Source: Eledone cirrhosa
Lineage: Eukaryota
Reading direction: 5' to 3'
DNA: 64,000 nucleotides
NCBI GenBank assembly: GCA_964016885.1
Contig: OZ024743.1
Span: forward strand, 209,684,001-209,748,000
Shown here: piece by piece, positions 58,901 through 64,000 of the stretch
Position numbering within the stretch: position 1 is the stretch's first letter
Layout: every line of letters begins with the position of its first letter
Notes under the pieces: model-generated
Databases searched by the model: none
Told to the model about the DNA's origin: nothing
What the model saw: only the letters and a program-made list of their open reading frames with translations
Position numbers and translations under genes: made by a program

Positions 58901-61900
58901 AAGATATACCACAGTTTACCATTCTATAGCCTCAGATGAAAGCTCTTCACTCGTTAAGATATACCACAGTTTACCATCCTATAGCCACAGATGAAAGCTC
59001 TTCACTCCATAAGATATACCACAGTTCACCATCCTATAGCCACAGATGAAAGCTCTTCACTCCACAAGATATACCACAGTTTACCATCCTATAGCCACAG
59101 ATGAAAGCTCTTCACTCCATAAGATATACCACAGTTTACCATCCTATAGCCACAGAATAAAGCTCTTCACCCCATGAGATATACCACAGTTTACCATCCT
59201 ATAGCCACACATGAAAGCTCTTCACTCCATAAGATAGACCACAGTTTACCATCCTATAGCCACAGATGAAAGCTCTTCACCCCATAAGATATACCACAGT
59301 TTACCATCCTATAGCCACACATGAAAGCTCTTCACTCCATCAGATATACCACAGTTTACCATCCTATAGCCACACATGAAAGCTCTTCACTCCATAAGAT
59401 ATACCACAGTTTACCATCCTATAGCCACACATGAAAGCTCTTCACCCCATAAGATATACCACAGTTTAGCATCCTATTGCCACACATGAAAGTTCTTCAC
59501 TCGATAAGATTTACCACAGTTTACCAATCTATAGCCACACATGAAAGCTCTTCACTCCATAAGATATACCACAGTTTACCATCCTATAGCAAGATGAAAG
59601 CTCTTCACTCCATAAGATATACGACAGTTTACCATCCTATAGCCACACATGAAAGCTCTTCAATCCATAAGATATACCTCAGTTTACCATCTTATAGCCA
59701 CAGATGAAATCTGTTCACTCCATAAGATATACCACAGTTTACCATCCTATAGCCACACATGAAAGCTCTTCACTCCATAAGATATACCACAGTTTACCAT
59801 CCTATAGCCACAGATGAAAGCTCTTCACCCCATAAGATATACCACAGTTTACCATCCTATAGCCACACATGAAAGCTCTTCACTACATAAGATATACCAC
59901 AGTTTACCATCCTATAGCCACACATGAAAGCTCTTCACTCCATAAGATATACCACAGTTTACCATCCTATAGCCACAGATGAAAGCTCTTCACCCCATAA
60001 GATATACCACAGTTTACCATCCTATTGCCACACATGAAAGCTCTTCACTCCATAAGATATACCACAGTTTACCATCCTATAGCCAGATGAAAGCTCTTCA
60101 CTCCATAAGATATACGACAGTTTACCATCCTATAGCCACACATGAAATCTCTTCACTCCATAAGATATACCTCAGTTTACCATCCTATAGCCACAGATGA
60201 AAGCTCTTCACTCCATAAGATATACCACAGTTTACCATCCTATAGCCACACATGAAAGCTCTTCACTCCATAAGATATACCACAGTTGACCATCCTATAG
60301 CCACACATGAGAGCTCTTCACTCCATAAGATATACCACAGTTTACCATCCTATAGCCACACATGAAAGCTCTTCACTCCATAAGATATACCACCGTTTAC
60401 CATCCTATGGCCACACATGAAAGCTCTTCACTCCATAAGATATACCACAGTTTACCATCCTATAGCCAGATGAAAGCTCTTCACTCCATAAAATATACCA
60501 CAGTTTACCATCCTATAGCCACAGATGAAAGCTCTTCACTCCATAAGATATACCACAGTTTACCGTCCTATAGCCAGATGAAAGCTCTTCACTCCATAAG
60601 ATATACCACAATTTACCACCCTATAGCCACAGATGAAAGCTCTTCACTTCATGAGATATACCACAGTTTACCATCCTATAGCCACGCCACGGAAGAAAGC
60701 TCTTCACTCCATAAGATATACCACAGTTTACAATCCTATAGCCACAGATGAAAGCTCTTCACTCCATGAGATATACCACAGTTTACCATCCTATGGCCAC
60801 AGACGAATGCTCTTCACTCCATAAGATATACCACAGTTTACCATCCTATAGCCACAGATGAAAGCTCTTCACTCCATAAGATATACGACAGTTTACCATC
60901 CTATAGCCACACATGAAATCTCTTCACTCCATAAGATATACCTCAGTTTACCAAGCTATAGCCACAGATGAAAGCTGTTCACTCCATCAGATATACCACA
61001 GTTTACCATCCTATAGCCACACATGAAAGTTCTTCACTCCATCAGATATACCACAGTTTACCAACCTATAGCCACAGATGAAAGCTGTTAACTCCATAAG
61101 ATATACGACAGTTTACCATCCTATAGCCACAGATGAAAGCTGTTCACTCCATAAGATATACGACAGTTTACCATCCTATAGCCAGATGAAAGCTCTTCAC
61201 TCCATAAGATATACCACAGATTACCATCCTATAGCCACAGATGAAAGCTGTTCACTCCATAAGATATACCACAGTTTACCATCCTATAGCCACAGATGAA
61301 AGCTCTTCACTCCATAAGATATACCACATTTTACCATCCTATAGCCACAGATGAAAGCTGTTCACTCCATAAGATATACCACAGTTTACCATCCTATAGC
61401 CACACAAGAAAGCTCTTCACTCCATGAGATATACCACAGTTTACCATCCTATAGCCACAGATGAAAGCTGTTCACTCCATAAGATATACGACAGTTTACC
61501 ATCCTATAGCCACAGATGAAAGCTGTTCACTCCATAAGATATACGACAGTTTACCATCCTATAGCCAGATGAAAGCTCTTCACTCCATAAGATATACCAC
61601 AGATTACCATCCTATAGCCACAGATGAAAGCTGTTCACTCCATAAGATATACCACTGTTTACCATCCTATAGCCAGATGAAAGCTCTTCACTCCATAAGA
61701 TATACCACAGTTTACCATCCTATAGCCACAGATGAAAGCTGTTCACTCCCGAAGATATACCACAGTTTACCATCCTATAGCCAGATGAAAGCTCTTCACT
61801 CCATAAGATATACCACAGTTTACCATCCTATAGCCAGATGAAAGCTCTTCACTCCATAAGATATACCACAGTTTACCATCCTATAGCCACACATGAAAGC

Positions 61901-63590
61901 TCTTCACTCCATAAGATATACCACAGTTTACCATCCTATAGCCAAACATGAAAGCTCTTCACTCCATAAGATATACCACAGTTTACCATCCTATAGCTAC
62001 AGATGAAAGCTCTTCACCCCATAAGATATACCACAGTTTAACATCCTATAGCAAGATGAAAGCGCTTCACTCCATAAGATATACGACAGTTTACCATCCT
62101 ATAGCCACACATGAAAGCTCTTCAATCCATAAGATATACCTCAGTTTACCATCTTATAGCCACAGATGAAAGCTCTTCACTCCATAAGATATACCACAGT
62201 TTACCATCCTATAGCCACACATGAAAGCTCTTCACTCCATAAGATATACCACAGTTTACCATCCTATAGCCACACATGAAAGCTCTTCACTCCATAAGAT
62301 ATACCACAGTTTACCATGCTATAGCCACAGATGAAAGCTGTTCACTCCATCAGATATACCACAGTTCACCATCCTATAGCCACAGATGAAAGCTCTTCAC
62401 TCCACAAGATATACCACAGTTTACCATCCTATAGCCACAGATGAAAGCTCTTCACTCCATAAGATATACCACAGTTTACCATCCTATAGCCACAGATGAA
62501 AGCTCTTCACCCCATAAGATATACCACAGTTTACCATCCTATAGCCACACATGAAAGCTCTTCACTCCATAAGATATACCACAGTTTACCATCCTATAGC
62601 CACAGATGAAAGCTCTTCACCCCATAAGATATACCACAGTTTACCATCCTATAGCCACACATGAAAGCTCTTCACTCCATCAGATATACCACAGTTTACC
62701 ATCCTATAGCCACACATGAAAGCTCTTCACTCCATAAGATATACCACAGTTTACCATCCTATAGCCACACATGAAAGCTCTTCACCCCATAAGATATACC
62801 ACAGTTTAGCATCCTATTGCCACACATGAAAGTTCTTCACTCGATAAGATATACCACAGTTTACCAATCTATAGCCACACATGAAAGCTCTTCACTCCAT
62901 AAGATATACCACAGTTTACCATCCTATAGCAAGATGAAAGCTCTTCACTCCATAAGATATACGACAGTTTACCATCCTATAGCCACACATGAAAGCTCTT
63001 CAATCCATAAGATATACCTCAGTTTACCATCTTATAGCCACAGATGAAATCTGTTCACTCCATAAGATATACCACAGTTTACCATCCTATAGCCACACAT
63101 GAAAGCTCTTCACTCCATAAGATATACCACAGTTTACCATCCTATAGCCACAGATGAAAGCTCTTCACCCCATAAGATATACCACAGTTTACCATCCTAT
63201 AGCCACACATGAAAGCTCTTCACTACATAAGATATACCACAGTTTACCATCCTATAGCCACACATGAAAGCTCTTCACTCCATAAGATATACCACAGTTT
63301 ACCATCCTATAGCCACAGATGAAAGCTCTTCACCCCATAAGATATACCACAGTTTACCATCCTATTGCCACACATGAAAGCTCTTCACTCCATAAGATAT
63401 ACCACAGTTTACCATCCTATAGCCAGATGAAAGCTCTTCACACCATAAGATATACGACAGTTTACCATCCTATAGCCACACATGAAATCTCTTCACTCCA
63501 TAAGATATACCTCAGTTTACCATCCTATAGCCACAGATGAAAGCTCTTCACTCCATAAGATATACCACAGTTTACCATCCTATAGCCACA
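56811..63590 (+). repeat. ~4267-bp tandem duplication whose second copy (from ~61078) has two whole-monomer deletions
   Basis: ORF offsets are 4267 (56811/61078, 57194/61461), then 3937 (58011/61948), then 3340 (59477/62817, 59979/63319). Shared markers include TTTAGCATCCTATTG, TTACCAATCT and CACTACATAA. Confidence 0.85.
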
Positions 63591-64000
63591 CATGAAAGCT
63601 CTTCACGCCATAAGATATACCTCAGTTTACCATCCTATAGCCACAGATGAAAGCTCTTCACTCCATAAGATATACCACAGTTTACTATCCTATAGCCACA
63701 CATGAGAGCTCTTCACTCCATAAGATATACCACAGTTTACCATCCTATGGCCACACATGAAAGCTCTTCACACCATAAGATATACCACAGTTTACCATCC
63801 TATAGCCAGATGAAAGCTCTTCACTCCGTAAAATATACCACAGTTTACCATCCTATAGCCACACATGAAAGCTCTTCACTCCATAAGATATACCACATTT
63901 GACCATCCTATAGCCACACATGAGAGCTCTTCACTCCATAAGATATACCACAGTTTACCATCCTATAGCCACACATGAAAGCTCTTCACTCCATAAGATA

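Larger units (their letters stand above)
1..64000 (+). repeat. Tandem satellite array, 55-bp consensus monomer with 53/60/46-bp variants, ~1,170 copies, single orientation
   Basis: ATGAAAGCTCTTCACTCCATAAGATATACCACAGTTTACCATCCTATAGCCACA(C/G) recurs head-to-tail from the first full monomer at 31 (next at 86, 141) to the window end. Most monomers carry only 0-3 differences from consensus. The window starts and ends mid-monomer, and no non-repeat sequence was seen. Confidence 0.99.

Noticed and set aside
905-63902. About 100 short + strand ORFs encoding MKALHSIRYTTVYHPIAT/ESSSLHKIYHSLPSYS repeats
   Set aside because: Every monomer begins with ATG, and two of the three frames are stop-free within a monomer. 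A 55+53 pair (108 bp) or a 60-bp monomer avoids the stop-containing frame, which explains where ORFs appear and why none exceeds 129 aa. Frame-breaking 55-55 steps dominate, and no recognisable domain or gene context is present.
1-64000. CRISPR array or other repeat-spacer system
   Set aside because: There are no unique spacers, since the entire period is repeated. No cas-like or any other gene is present.
1-64000. One giant repetitive protein gene or a recoded/frameshifted CDS on either strand
   Set aside because: The 55-bp period is not a multiple of 3, and the + strand frame reaches TGA after two 55-bp monomers. The minus strand has TAG, TAA and TGA in each monomer and no ORF in the track.
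1-64000. Tandem tRNA, 5S rRNA, snRNA or spliced-leader gene cluster
   Set aside because: The unit is only 55 bp with no spacer, no cloverleaf or A/B boxes, no T-run terminator and no recognisable RNA family sequence.
1-64000. Canonical telomerase-type telomeric repeat
   Set aside because: The strand skew is suggestive, but the unit is 55 bp, lacks GGG tracts in the consensus and shows recombinational higher-order structure rather than templated addition.
1-64000. Embedded transposon, inversion or unique island
   Set aside because: None was seen reading through the window. The largest deviations from consensus are the 46-bp and 61-bp monomers.
1-64000. Monomer variants acting as an information-bearing code or programmed diversification cassette
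   Set aside because: The variant order is adequately explained by nested duplication and in-register deletion. No enzyme, template or expression locus is visible in the window.

Overview
The whole 64 kb window is one uninterrupted head-to-tail tandem array (satellite DNA) of about 1,170 monomers. The consensus is 55 bp: ATGAAAGCTCTTCACTCCATAAGATATACCACAGTTTACCATCCTATAGCCACA(C/G), 40% GC, with a C-rich and G-poor + strand and no CpG. All monomers are in one orientation, and the array runs off both ends of the window. Length variants are 53 bp (CA deletion, common), 60/61 bp (GCCAC duplication), 46 bp and occasional 54 bp. Shared point variants reveal a layered history: an older variable-length higher-order unit of about 1.1-2.4 kb, overlaid by recent near-identical tandem duplications of 3111, 9141/9142, 5476 and about 4267 bp, edited by whole-monomer deletions. 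I found no credible gene, RNA gene, transposon, CRISPR array or unique sequence. The listed ORFs are explained by 55/53/60-bp phasing. The array is most likely eukaryotic satellite DNA, but I do not recognise the family or organism. I cannot support a new gene-based system here; the interest lies in array architecture. All alignments were done by eye using ORF-track offsets and marker variants.
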